This document shows, one piece after another, positions 19,178-29,500 of a stretch of DNA of 64,000 nt. The notes beneath the pieces are model-generated. The model ran no database searches. It saw only the letters and a program-made list of their open reading frames with translations, and had not been told where the DNA came from. Numbering within the stretch: position 1 is the first letter of the stretch; the number at the start of each line of letters is the position of its first letter. Made by a program: the position numbers and the translations under genes. The DNA lies in the NCBI GenBank assembly GCA_031256195.1, contig JAIRRB010000037.1, positions 3,473-67,472 on the forward strand, written 5' to 3'. Origin of the DNA: Treponema sp. (lineage in GTDB: Bacteria; Spirochaetota; Spirochaetia; Treponematales; Breznakiellaceae).

Positions 19178-20671
19178 TTACATTCGGATGGTAAGCACGA
19201 GGCTCAACAGGTTTCTTCCGGTTTCCGTACCCCCGGCGTCAAGCAGCTTGGTATCCATTTCGTAACGAAGATCGGCGGAAAAGAAATGTATGGGTGTCAT
19301 AAAACAGCCGACAGCCGCTCTCAGCAAATAATTGCCGGTTACCAGACTGTTGCTTCCGCTGGCGAATTCCGGCGTGTATCCGCCCCGGATATAGGGGGTG
19401 AATTTACCGGCAATCATATATTCAAACTGGGCCAGAACCCCAAAAGCGGACTTGGTGTTATTCGCTTCCAGTAAGTTTGCCAGTTCCAACTGCAGAAAAC
19501 CGCCAAAGTTGGGCAGCATGGCTTCCGGCCCGGCAGGTTCAAACCATGACAGCATCGCATTAAAACCGTTGTCCTGATTCAGGTTCATGAACGCGGAAGC
19601 ACCCACCGGTATTATCTCGTCCCAATCCAGTATCCGGCTGGACGCCATAAAATCATAACCCCGTGTATGGAACAGAACGCCGGCTCCCAGTTCCCATTCA
19701 CTGTCTCCCGATTCGGTATCCATCGCAAAATCAAAACCGAGTTTGGGCGTTACAATATACCGGTCAGAAAGAGGCAGACGGTATTCAAGCGAAAGGCCGA
19801 AATCCAGTGGATTCCTGCCGACTGATGTCGTTTGATAATTAAATCCCGCCAGGCTGGTCAAAGCAATTCTGAAGTCCTCCATGGGAACTATTTCCGCGTC
19901 CAGTCCTATAAGCCAGGCGTTCTCGGTATTTTCAAGGCCGCTTTTATAGGAAGCGGTTTTAAGGGCGGCGCTGAACCAGTCAAATTCCACGCCAAAAGCA
20001 AGAATCCCCGAAATGGCGGTGCGGAAATCCGCATCCACATAATCGCGCACGATTTTTTCTTTAAGCAGCGGCAAATCCTGTATATTGTAACGCTCTTTAT
20101 GCCACAAGGCCCGCGTCGCGGAGCGGCTATAGTACCAGCGGTCATTGACATCCATTACATCGTCAAATATGGAAAACAGGCTGGTCATATCGGTTTGCAT
20201 AATGGTGGTTGAGCTTGCCACCCGCACAAAATAGTGAGTCCAGACGACATCCGCATAAAAACTGTCAAACGATAATATCAGCGGCCGCGCCGTCCATCTA
20301 TTAAAGTTATCCTGCTCATAATTGCCGCCCGAAGTTTCATAGGTATTCCACCAGGTAAAGGCGGCGTTTTTCAGGGCCAGGCGGGCGGCCGGTTCACTGT
20401 AATCATCGGGATACAGGCCCCGGTCGGCTTTGGGAAACAGGGGGAATATCAATTCAATACCCGCTTTGGTTTGTAGTCCGGTGGTATTGTTATCAACATC
20501 CCAGACAAAAGCGGTCGTGGCTTCCACGCCCAGCGTCGCGCTTTTTCCGGTCGTCAGTTCAGAACCCGCTTCCGGAGTACCGGTTTGCCCGTACAGCGTT
20601 TGCGCCATGAATACCGGGGCCACAACCAGTAACAGTAGTGCACCGCGTTTGAAAACCAAAGGTTTTACCAT
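19178..20671 (-). CDS. Putative outer-membrane beta-barrel protein (Msp/MOSP-like), paralog of the downstream gene
   Basis: Sec signal; EATTAFVWDVDNNTTGLQTKAGIELIFPL Msp-like N-terminus; shares NP.D/A.GL.LEYR, PN.GG..Q.EL.N and PYI motifs with 17394-19163; AAGGAGG RBS favours start 20671. Confidence 0.7.
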   Translation of the reverse strand: MVKPLVFKRGALLLLVVAPVFMAQTLYGQTGTPEAGSELTTGKSATLGVEATTAFVWDVDNNTTGLQTKAGIELIFPLFPKADRGLYPDDYSEPAARLALKNAAFTWWNTYETSGGNYEQDNFNRWTARPLILSFDSFYADVVWTHYFVRVASSTTIMQTDMTSLFSIFDDVMDVNDRWYYSRSATRALWHKERYNIQDLPLLKEKIVRDYVDADFRTAISGILAFGVEFDWFSAALKTASYKSGLENTENAWLIGLDAEIVPMEDFRIALTSLAGFNYQTTSVGRNPLDFGLSLEYRLPLSDRYIVTPKLGFDFAMDTESGDSEWELGAGVLFHTRGYDFMASSRILDWDEIIPVGASAFMNLNQDNGFNAMLSWFEPAGPEAMLPNFGGFLQLELANLLEANNTKSAFGVLAQFEYMIAGKFTPYIRGGYTPEFASGSNSLVTGNYLLRAAVGCFMTPIHFFSADLRYEMDTKLLDAGGTETGRNLLSLVLTIRM

Positions 20672-20700
20672 GATCATTTCCTCCTTGTAACTTCTTAAAG

Positions 20701-20792
20701 AAGAATTTTTACCACGGAGTACACGGCGAACCTTCGGTTCGAGTTTCACGGAGGAAGATGTAAAACTCCGCGTCCCCGTGGTTAAAATTCTT
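20701..20792. repeat. Palindromic element family 1, copy B
   Basis: aagaatttttaccacggag...ccccgtggttaaaattctt; 20711-20750 is the exact reverse complement of 19094-19133. Confidence 0.9.
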
Positions 20793-20804
20793 TCAAAACA
20801 TTTT

Positions 20805-20830
20805 CAAATACCGGGCCGGTTACCCGGCCC
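20805..20830 (-). terminator. Hairpin (terminator or stabiliser) after lipoprotein gene
   Basis: gggccgg-ttac-ccggccc stem (20813-20830); short T-tract on the minus strand. Confidence 0.5.
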
Positions 20831-20852
20831 TGATGTTCAACCCGCAGACCTT

Positions 20853-21878
20853 TTATTCAAAACCAATATCGCTGATAACTAACGTACCTGTTCCCAAGCT
20901 GTCATCATCATCGGAGAAAATTTCAAATCCTGTTATCGTTCCGACTGCCGCGCCTCCCCATTCAGTACCAGCTGCCCAACTAGGATGATCAGCGGTAAAA
21001 CTAAATTCAGCTGCACCGCTTGATACTGTCTTACTCAACATCCTATTGTCGGGAAAATAAAGAGAAATGTTAAAACTACCGTTTGTTGCCGTACCCGACC
21101 AGTTCATTTTAAATTTGCTGTAACCGGAAGAAAGGTCAACCTGATCTGCTGTGGCAATCTCCACTTTTGCCCGGAACGCTCCGCCTTCGTCATTGGGATT
21201 CCAGTCAATTTTCATCTTGCCATCAGTACCAACTGTATTGAACCCGGTACCTTTGAGTGTTGCAGTCTTGGTATCAGTTTTAAAGGATAACTGTATACTC
21301 TTGTCTTCTTTAGCATAGGGAGCCTCTCCAGGCGGCTCTGGCGGCTCTGAACCTTTCCCTACGCCAATAAAGGTAAGGCCGGTAAGGACAAAGGTTGTTT
21401 CTGCTGCTATATTAATACAGAATCCATATATGTTGGCTTTACTGAAAGTACTGTTAGGCGAAGAACTCCAGTTAGATGCAAACCTGCTAGCTGCAAAATC
21501 AATATCAAAAGGACCACTTTCATGATAGTCGGTTTCCCAAGCAGGAGAAAAACCCCATGTATATGTTTCTTCATCAATTTCTTCATACAGAGCTGTACCA
21601 ATAGTCATATTCACACCGGGAGTAGCAGTAAAATCCATCTTGAGTTTCTGAAAATCCTTGCCAAGCGGATCAAAATAAACATAAATCTCAGTGGGTACTT
21701 CGGTTATTGTAATTGCGTTATTGGCAACCTTCGACCCTCCTTCTTCAGCTGAGAGATACCAGTTTTTTGCCGGTTCATCTTGCTTATCATCAGGAGGAAG
21801 CGTATCCCCGCCACAAGCGGAAAAAACCAACGCCAGCGCCGCGAAAAGCGCTGCCAGCCATAAATAATTCTTTTTCAT
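20853..21878 (-). CDS. Uncharacterised surface lipoprotein with two probable beta-sandwich (CBM-like) domains
   Basis: AGGAG RBS, MKKNYLW...FSAC lipobox, Pro-rich linker (EPPEPP), aromatic-rich domains; body visibly more AT-rich than neighbours. Confidence 0.75.
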   Translation of the reverse strand: MKKNYLWLAALFAALALVFSACGGDTLPPDDKQDEPAKNWYLSAEEGGSKVANNAITITEVPTEIYVYFDPLGKDFQKLKMDFTATPGVNMTIGTALYEEIDEETYTWGFSPAWETDYHESGPFDIDFAASRFASNWSSSPNSTFSKANIYGFCINIAAETTFVLTGLTFIGVGKGSEPPEPPGEAPYAKEDKSIQLSFKTDTKTATLKGTGFNTVGTDGKMKIDWNPNDEGGAFRAKVEIATADQVDLSSGYSKFKMNWSGTATNGSFNISLYFPDNRMLSKTVSSGAAEFSFTADHPSWAAGTEWGGAAVGTITGFEIFSDDDDSLGTGTLVISDIGFE

Positions 21879-21961
21879 AGCAATTCTCCTCAAAAAGAAT
21901 ATCACCGGTTAAACCGGCAAGCCGTTCAACGAACAGCATCATACCCAATATCATAAACTAA

Positions 21962-21992
21962 AAGAAAATTCACCACGGTGGTAAAAATTCTT
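21962..21992. repeat. Palindromic element family 1, minimal copy C
   Basis: aagaaaattcaccac-g-gtggtaaaaattctt: only the terminal inverted repeats. Confidence 0.75.
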
Positions 21993-22010
21993 CATGTTCA
22001 TTTCTTCCTG

Positions 22011-24431
22011 TTACTCCAAATCCCGATACTGTATTCCCCGGCCGTTAGTCGCCAGAAATACCCTGCCGTATACCCGCGGGTCGCCGGTAATGGCGGTATC
22101 CGCCGCGCCAAACTGGTGCATGTCATCGGTAATCCGTATCCAGTTTTGGCCCTTGTCATCGCTGCGGTAAATGCCCCACTTGCCGTTAAGTTTCGCGTTG
22201 GTATACAGGGCCTGATAGTCGGCGCCCGGCGCGGCCTTGCCCAGACCAATGATGGGTACGGTGTCAAAACCTTCAAACTGCTGCCATGTTTTGCCCCCAT
22301 CCGGCGAATGGTAGAGTCCCGCGTCCCCAACGGCAAGCCACAGATGGCCTTCCATGCCGACAGCGGCTTTGAAATTGGTTTTGGTTATTTCGCCGTTGAT
22401 AAAGGAAGCGTTCATGGATGTAAAGGTTTTGCCCGCATCCGCGCTCATATAGGCGGTTTTGGTTTCAGAGCAAAAGGCGAAAAATTTCGCCGCGTTGACG
22501 CGGTCGGCTACCACTTTGGTTTTTGCGGGTAAACCGGCGCAGGCGTTCCAGGTTTTACCTTCGTTGTTTGACCAGTGAGGCGGCATATTTTCCGGCGCCC
22601 ATACAATGATATTCGCGTCCGCGGATACGGCCGCCCCGCCGCTCCAGCCGCCCTGCGCCCCTTCCAGATATTTTTCAGCGGGCTTCCAGGTTTTGCCCCC
22701 GTCGGAACTGATTCCCAGAACACTGATTTGCGTCGTTCCTTCGGACGACCATATTTCATCCCCGCCCATGCGGACAATATACGAAGGCTTTTTCGCCGCG
22801 TAATCAACCGCGTTCACCCCGATAATTTTGGGATTCACAATCATGTTGGGAGCGCGGTTCAAATCGTTGTGAATAAAGCCGCCGATGTCGCCCATGCCGC
22901 TGATAAGCTGCGGCCCTTCGGTGGGGCTGACCAGGTCCAGAATGGCGCATTCTTCGATGCCTTCGGCCATAACTTCCATGCGTATCCGTCTGTTCTTGTC
23001 CCAGTCGGTCAGGTTGTTGCTGCCGTAAATGGTTGCGCCGGTTCCGTACATGAACCGGTCGGAATTAAAGGGATCGATGGCGATGGTTGCTATACACCAG
23101 CCGACTTTGGGGTTTTGTTCGGGCAGTTCTTTCTGCTCGCCCCAGTCCAGCCAGGGAGCGACACTGATGTCGATGCTGTATTTGTTGACTCTATTGGGAT
23201 AGCCGTCCAGATACCAGATAGAATCCCAGGTTTTGCCGCCGTCTTTGGAACGGTAAATTTCTTCATCGGGCCACCAGTTGTTCAGGGTAACCGCAACCAT
23301 CAGATTGGGATTCTGCCAGTCAACCGATATGCAGCCGACGCCGCGGTCGGATGTTTTATGTTCGGAAGGATTGTAAAAATCGCTCTGGGGCAGGCTGATA
23401 TTTTCCCATTTTTTGGAAGCGAAAATAGATTTCCAGATTGCCCCGCCCTGCCAGCTTGAGCTGTACGGACCGAAACCGGCATTCCACGCGGTTACCAGCG
23501 CGCCTTCGGGCGAATAGACTGCCCTAATGGGGTAGTATTTGTCGCAGGGGCATTTTTCCACCAGATGGGCGTGTTCCCTTTCATCCATGGGTTTCCCCAC
23601 CACGGGCTGGCCTTCCAGCGGATGCCAGGTCGCCCCCGCATCGGTTGATTCGTAAATGGTGCTGCGGGTATCGGCTACGCCGACATAAATGTTTTTGGAA
23701 CCGTTCCCCTTGCTTCCCGAAGCGGGGTCAAACAGCACCCACATTATGCCGTGGAAATGCTTGAAGGTCTTATCGACATAAAAAGTAAAATCATTGTCGT
23801 AAACGTTTCCTTTGGTGGGGAAGGATTTAACTTCTTCCCAGGTATGGCCGTAATCGCGGCTGCGCCACAGGCCGTCGCCGTAAGAACCGTAGTAAATGGT
23901 TTTATTGTCATTGGGATCGATGCAGAGCCGCTCGCCCGCGCCCCGTCCGGGCATATTGCCGCCCATTTTGAAGGGCATGTCAATGCGGGTAAAGGTATCG
24001 CCGTAATTTTCGGACACCAGCATCTGGGACTGAGTTCCGTCCCAACTGTTGGTATAGGTTCCCGAAGCGATAACCAGGCGGTTCGGTTCTACCGGGTCGG
24101 TAGCGATACTGGAAATGCCCAGCCGCCCGTAATCCTCGATGCCGGCAAAATCGGTCAGCGGTATCCAGGATTCGTTTTCAGGATTCCAGCGGTACGCGCC
24201 GCCCATATCGGTTCGCACATAGGCAAGGTCTTTTTGGGCGGTATTGAAAATAATGCCGGGAATCATGCCGCCCCCGACAATTTTGACGTTTTTCCAGCCT
24301 TTCTGGGAATATTGCGGCAATGGCCGGTTCGGGGCCTTTTTGCCCCCGCCGGTAGACGCGCAGCTTATTACCAGCAAGCCCGCAACCAAACCTGCAAGGA
24401 CCGCCGCCGACAGGGAGTGATATGTTCGCAT
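22011..24431 (-). CDS. Xyloglucanase GH74 lipoprotein
   Basis: Lipobox VISC; GGGMIPGI, YVRTDMGGAYRW, GGNMPGRGAGERL, NNWWPDE, MGDIGGF, GDPRVYGRVFLATNGRG; Asp-box repeats. Confidence 0.95.
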   Translation of the reverse strand: MRTYHSLSAAVLAGLVAGLLVISCASTGGGKKAPNRPLPQYSQKGWKNVKIVGGGMIPGIIFNTAQKDLAYVRTDMGGAYRWNPENESWIPLTDFAGIEDYGRLGISSIATDPVEPNRLVIASGTYTNSWDGTQSQMLVSENYGDTFTRIDMPFKMGGNMPGRGAGERLCIDPNDNKTIYYGSYGDGLWRSRDYGHTWEEVKSFPTKGNVYDNDFTFYVDKTFKHFHGIMWVLFDPASGSKGNGSKNIYVGVADTRSTIYESTDAGATWHPLEGQPVVGKPMDEREHAHLVEKCPCDKYYPIRAVYSPEGALVTAWNAGFGPYSSSWQGGAIWKSIFASKKWENISLPQSDFYNPSEHKTSDRGVGCISVDWQNPNLMVAVTLNNWWPDEEIYRSKDGGKTWDSIWYLDGYPNRVNKYSIDISVAPWLDWGEQKELPEQNPKVGWCIATIAIDPFNSDRFMYGTGATIYGSNNLTDWDKNRRIRMEVMAEGIEECAILDLVSPTEGPQLISGMGDIGGFIHNDLNRAPNMIVNPKIIGVNAVDYAAKKPSYIVRMGGDEIWSSEGTTQISVLGISSDGGKTWKPAEKYLEGAQGGWSGGAAVSADANIIVWAPENMPPHWSNNEGKTWNACAGLPAKTKVVADRVNAAKFFAFCSETKTAYMSADAGKTFTSMNASFINGEITKTNFKAAVGMEGHLWLAVGDAGLYHSPDGGKTWQQFEGFDTVPIIGLGKAAPGADYQALYTNAKLNGKWGIYRSDDKGQNWIRITDDMHQFGAADTAITGDPRVYGRVFLATNGRGIQYRDLE

Positions 24432-24451
24432 AGGATTCCTCCTTGTGCTAC

Positions 24452-24506
24452 ATTATACTCCCTTTTTTTGAAACAATACCCTAAAAATTACATGAGATTT
24501 ACCCTA
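24452..24506 (-). promoter_or_regulatory. Putative activator-dependent promoter of the GH74 operon
   Basis: TATAAT (24452-24457) without a consensus -35; TAGGGTA direct repeat (24477-24483, 24500-24506) as candidate activator site. Confidence 0.35.
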
Positions 24507-24526
24507 TTTTTTGGATATAACGCGGG

Positions 24527-24545
24527 AAAAGCCGCCGTGCGGCTT
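24527..24545 (-). terminator. Putative intrinsic terminator after GH31
   Basis: aagccgc-acg-gcggctt followed by tt on the minus strand. Confidence 0.5.
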
Positions 24546-24572
24546 AATTCGGCAAACTGGCGGGATTACTCC

Positions 24573-26582
24573 TTATACAACCCGCTTTCCGGCGCGTACC
24601 AAAAGGGGCAGGCTTAAAAAGCCGTGCTGTTCGGTTCTCCAGCAGCCGCCTGATACCGTTTCGCCTGAAAGAAGCCGCGTCCACTCGCCCGCGGGGAGGT
24701 AATAGGAAACGTTTCCGTCTTCGCTGAATACCGGCGCAACCAGCAGGTCCGGGCCGAGCATATACTGACGGTCCAGGTACGCGCAGGCGGGATCATCGGG
24801 GAATTCCAGAAACATTGCCCGCAGCGCCGGGATGCCTTTTTCACAGGCTTCATGAGCGCATTGCACAATATACGGTTTAAGGCGGATTTTCAGTTCGGTA
24901 AAGAAACGGCAGACTTCGGCGGATTCTTCGTCCACACTCCAGGGAACGCGGTAGGACGTGCTGCCGTGCAGCCGTGAATGGGATGAAAGCAGCCCAAAGG
25001 CGAGCCAGCGCTTGAACAGGGCGGCGTTGGGCGTTCCCTCAAAACCGCCGATGTCGTGACTCCAGAAGCCGAAGCCGGATAAACTCAAGGATAAACCGCC
25101 GCGCAGGGTTTCCGCCATCGCCTCAAAAGTGGATTCGCAGTCCCCGCCCCAGTGGAGAGGAAAGCGCTGACCGCCCGCGGTAGCGGAACGGGCAAAAAGG
25201 CAGGCCTCTCCCCTGCCCCGTTTTTTTTCCAGCAGTTCAAATACGGCTTTATTGTACAGGAAGGCATAAAAGTTATGATGACGCTGGGGGTCTCCGCCGT
25301 CAAAATAAACCGCGTCAACGGGAATGCGCTCGCCAAAGTCGGTTTTGAAACAGTCCACTCCCATACCGAGTAACTTTTCCAGATGGCCGGTATACCACTT
25401 GACCGCAGCGGGGTTGGTAAAATCAACGATGGCCATTCCCGCCTGCCATTGGTCGGTCTGATAAATGTCGCCGTTCGCCTGTTTAAGAAAATACCCGCCG
25501 TCTTTTCCCTCGGCAAAAAGCGCCGAACGCTGGGCGATATAGGGATTTATCCACACGCAGATTTTTATGCCTTTGGCTTTTATCCGCGACAACATTCCCT
25601 GAGGGTCAGGAAAGGTTTCTTTATCCCAGGTCAAATCGCACCAGTTAAAACCTTTCATCCAAAAACAGTCAAAATGAAAAACCGCCAGGGGAATTTTCCG
25701 TTCTTCCATGCCGTTGATAAAACTCATCACTGTTTTTTCATCGTAGGAAGTGGTGAATGAAGTGGAGAGCCACAGGCCGAAACTCCATTCGGGCGGCATG
25801 GCGGGCCTTCCGGTCAGGGCGGTATAACGTTCCAGAATTGATTTGGGCTCAGGCCCGTAAATGATATAGTATTCCAGAATTTCCCCGCCGACGCAAAATT
25901 GCACCCGCGATGTTTTTTCACTGCCGATTTCCAGCGAAACATTTCCCGGATCGTTGATAAACACGCCGTAACCGCGGTTGGTCATGTAAAAGGGAATATT
26001 CTTGTACGCCTGTTCGCTGGCCGTGCCGCCGTCGGCGTTCCAGATGTCTACGGTCTGGCCGTTTTTTACCAGCGGCCCGAAACGCTCGCCCAGGCCGTAT
26101 ACCAGTTCTCCCACCGACAGGGAAAGTTCTTCTTTTACCCAGGCCTCCCCCCATCGGTCAATTATGTACCCGGTTGATTTAGTCTGATTTTTGGTCAGCA
26201 GTTTGCCGGCGCCGCGAAAGGTATTATTCCAAATCTGTCCCTGTTCGACACATACGGAAAGTTCTCCGCTTTCCAGAACAGCCTCCTGTTCCGTTATGCG
26301 CACTGAAGGCTTAAATTGCGAATCGCTTTCCAGCGGAAAATGCGGCCCTCGGTCCACTCCCCCCTCAAAATGGGAAATCCGTACCTTGATAACATTCTTC
26401 ATGGGGCTGGAATAGCGCACCGTGAGCAGCGGCATATTGAGGGTATCCGTTCTGCGGTGTATGTACCTTTCCGGCGCATATACGGCAAGTTCATTCCCCT
26501 GCTGTTCAGTTTCATACGCGCTTGCGGCAAAATGCGCTTCTATCCCATCTTTGAGCCGCCAATAACCGTTGGTAAATTTCAT
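24573..26582 (-). CDS. yicI: Alpha-xylosidase, GH31 (YicI-like)
   Basis: MKFTNGYW start, FHFDCFWMK, DCFKTDFGERIP (nucleophile), HWGGDC, WSHDIGGFE, SSHSRLHGS. Confidence 0.95.
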   Translation of the reverse strand: MKFTNGYWRLKDGIEAHFAASAYETEQQGNELAVYAPERYIHRRTDTLNMPLLTVRYSSPMKNVIKVRISHFEGGVDRGPHFPLESDSQFKPSVRITEQEAVLESGELSVCVEQGQIWNNTFRGAGKLLTKNQTKSTGYIIDRWGEAWVKEELSLSVGELVYGLGERFGPLVKNGQTVDIWNADGGTASEQAYKNIPFYMTNRGYGVFINDPGNVSLEIGSEKTSRVQFCVGGEILEYYIIYGPEPKSILERYTALTGRPAMPPEWSFGLWLSTSFTTSYDEKTVMSFINGMEERKIPLAVFHFDCFWMKGFNWCDLTWDKETFPDPQGMLSRIKAKGIKICVWINPYIAQRSALFAEGKDGGYFLKQANGDIYQTDQWQAGMAIVDFTNPAAVKWYTGHLEKLLGMGVDCFKTDFGERIPVDAVYFDGGDPQRHHNFYAFLYNKAVFELLEKKRGRGEACLFARSATAGGQRFPLHWGGDCESTFEAMAETLRGGLSLSLSGFGFWSHDIGGFEGTPNAALFKRWLAFGLLSSHSRLHGSTSYRVPWSVDEESAEVCRFFTELKIRLKPYIVQCAHEACEKGIPALRAMFLEFPDDPACAYLDRQYMLGPDLLVAPVFSEDGNVSYYLPAGEWTRLLSGETVSGGCWRTEQHGFLSLPLLVRAGKRVV

Positions 26583-29500
26583 ATTTTCCTCCATTCAAAA
26601 TGCCAAATGCCGGTTTTGCCGTACAAGACCATATACAGGTCGTGAACGCCGCATATTGTTTCAGTAACCGTTTCCACACAGGCCCAGAGGGGACGGCAAC
26701 GGGGGCTGTACGGTTTTACCTGCGCGTAAAAAGAAATGTCGCCGGTATTGGGAACGGCGATTGTTCCCGCCAATGCGCCGTCCGGCGCGTCCAGCCGCAG
26801 TTCAATGCGGCTGTGCGGTCCGCCCTGCACAACAGCGGACAAGCAGTTGAATCCTCCGGCAAAATCCAGGGCGGCAAAACGTATCCAGCCGCCGCTATCC
26901 AATGAGCAAGAATTTAACCACGGAGTATCACGGAGTTTTTGTACGGAAATTATCTTTTCTTCCGTGAAATTCTGTGTAACTCCGGGGTAAATATTCTTGT
27001 TATACAGTCCCATGTTGTCTTTGTTGAACACGGCGGGAACAGCGCTGCCGCGTTTTTCATGAAGGAAACAATTTGAATATTCATCAAATGTTTGCGCATA
27101 AATCTGTCCTGAAAGTTTGCGGGGAAAGAGGCTTTCGCCGCGTACTTCAAAGCCGCCTGAAAGCCGTATGTCCGCGGAAGACGCGCCGACCATTACCGCG
27201 CAATAGCCCGCTTCCACACAGAAACGATTATGATGACTGTCCCACACCGCCAGTTCCTGTACCGGCAGGTTAAAGCGAACCGTTTGTTCCTCGCCGGGTT
27301 TAAGGGAAAGGCGGGTAAAACCTTTCAGGCTTTTTAAGGGACGGCGGAACAGGGAACCGGAAACCGTAACGTACATCTGGGGAACTTCATCCGCCGCGAC
27401 AGAACCGGTGTTTTTCAGCCTGAAAGAAACGGCAACAGTTTCATCTTCTTTCGCCGCGGTCTGGTCAATGGACAGGTCTGAATAGGCGAAACTGCTGTAA
27501 CTCAGGCCGTAGCCGAAGGGAAACAGCGCCTTGCCGGGGAAATACTGATAGGTGGAAGCGGCGGAAACAATATCGTACTCCATGATAGAGGGAAGCTGCT
27601 GTTCATCTTCATACCAGGTCAGGGGAAGCCTGCCGGCGGGGGAATAAGCGCCGCCCAAAACGTCCGCAAGGCCGTGTCCGGTTTCCTGTATGCCGTGGGC
27701 CATCCAGAGAACAGCGGGAATCGGTGTGATAATATCCCCGCAGGTAAAGGGATAGCCGGAAATCAGTACCAGTACGGTTCGGGGATTGAGGCCGCAAACG
27801 CGGCGAATCAGTTCTTCCTGCCGGGGCGGCAGATTCAGACTGGGCCGGTCAACATCCTCCCGCCCGTTAATCATGGGGTCGTTGCCCCCGATAAATATAA
27901 CCTGTCCCGCTGTTGCCGCGGCTTCGGCGGCGGCGGCAAGGCCGTCCCGCTCAACTTTCATCCTGAACAATTCATTCGGACCGTCAAAGGTATCGTCCCG
28001 CAGTTCCACCGGCCCTTTTTCCCGCGGGTATGAAACACGGCGGTTGTCGTAAATGCGCAGGAGGCACAGGCTGTTTTCCCGCGGAATAACATTGAACAGC
28101 GTTTTGTTAAACCAGATAAGGGAACTCTTCGCGGATGCCTTAATAATAAGCTGGCTTCTGTCCGCGTCAGTTCCGGGTTCAGGCCGGTAGTAGGGATTTT
28201 CCAAAAGAAGGCCGCTTTCAACATCGGCAAATGTCCATACGCCCCAGCCCCAGTCTTCCCGGTAAAAACGGCAGGGCTTATCCCCCACAGCGCCCACGGC
28301 AAGGACTTTTTCGGCAGGAGTGTCAGTTAACACCAGCGGCCTGCCGTCTTCCGTGGCAAAGGATACAATGTCGCGGCAGTCGGTATACACAACGCGGTCC
28401 TGTCCGTACAATTCCCGTAAGCCTTCCAGCGGCGTACTCATATAGGGCGGATGCCCGGAGTACCAGTCCAGATGCAACTCATCCGCAAGGGGGCCCATTA
28501 CCGCAATCGAGCCTTTAACGGCCTGCGGACGCAGGGGGAGGAAGTTCCCCTCGTTTTTCAGCAATACCGCCGACTTTCGCACCGCCTCCCGCGCCAGACT
28601 GCGGTATTCGTCTTTCATCGAATCGGCTTCACCAATAAGGTCATAAGGGCAATGCCCCGGCGGATCAAACAGACCCAAACGGAAACGAATCGCTAAAATC
28701 CGTTCCAGGTGCTTATCCAGTTCCGCTTCGTCAAGCAGGTTTCGTTTTAACGCTTCCATAACGGCGGGAATGACTTCGGCCGCATCATCGGTCATAGTGT
28801 CCGCGCCGTTCTGTAACGCGGCGGCAAGTGTTTCCGCATGGGTGTCAAAATAGTGATGGGCGTTGACGGTTTGCAGGAAGTCGTTGCCGTCGGTAACAAT
28901 ATGGCCTTCCAGCCCCCATTGATTTTTGACCTTATCATTCAGCATGGGGTGGAGTATCATGGGGATTCCGTTAACTTCGTTATACGAAGTCATCAGGGAA
29001 ACCGCTTTTGCTTTCTGTATCGCGGAACGGAACGGCGCAAGGTAGTATTCATGCATCAGGCGGGGAGGAATCGAACAGGAACAGCTTGCGCGAAGCCGTT
29101 CATTGTTATTGGCAAAAAAATGTTTTGGCCCGCAGCTTACCCGCAGATAAAAGGGATCATCCCCCTGCGCTCCCCTGATGTAAGATGATGAAAGTTCGGA
29201 AGTCAGGAAAGGGTCTTCACCGTAGCCTTCCTCGGTACGGCCCCAGCGGGGGTCGCGTTCCAGATCGATGGTCGGCGACCATAAGGCAAGCCCCCCCCTG
29301 CGCTCATGGGTCGCGCAAAAAACCCGCGCTTCAACGGCGCTGACCTCGCCGATTTTCCGCAGCAGTTCCCGGTCCCATCCCGACGCCAGGCCGATGGTTT
29401 GCGGGAACGTGGTGTTTTGTCCTTCCCGGTCTACAAAGCCGTGGGCGCCTTCCGCGCCGATAGCCCAGGCCGCTATGCCCAGCCGCTCCACCGCCTGATT

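Noticed and set aside
20672-20749. ORF-track N-terminal extension MKLEPKVRRVLRGK of the barrel gene
   Set aside because: It is read through palindromic element B; a strong AAGGAGG RBS supports ATG 20671
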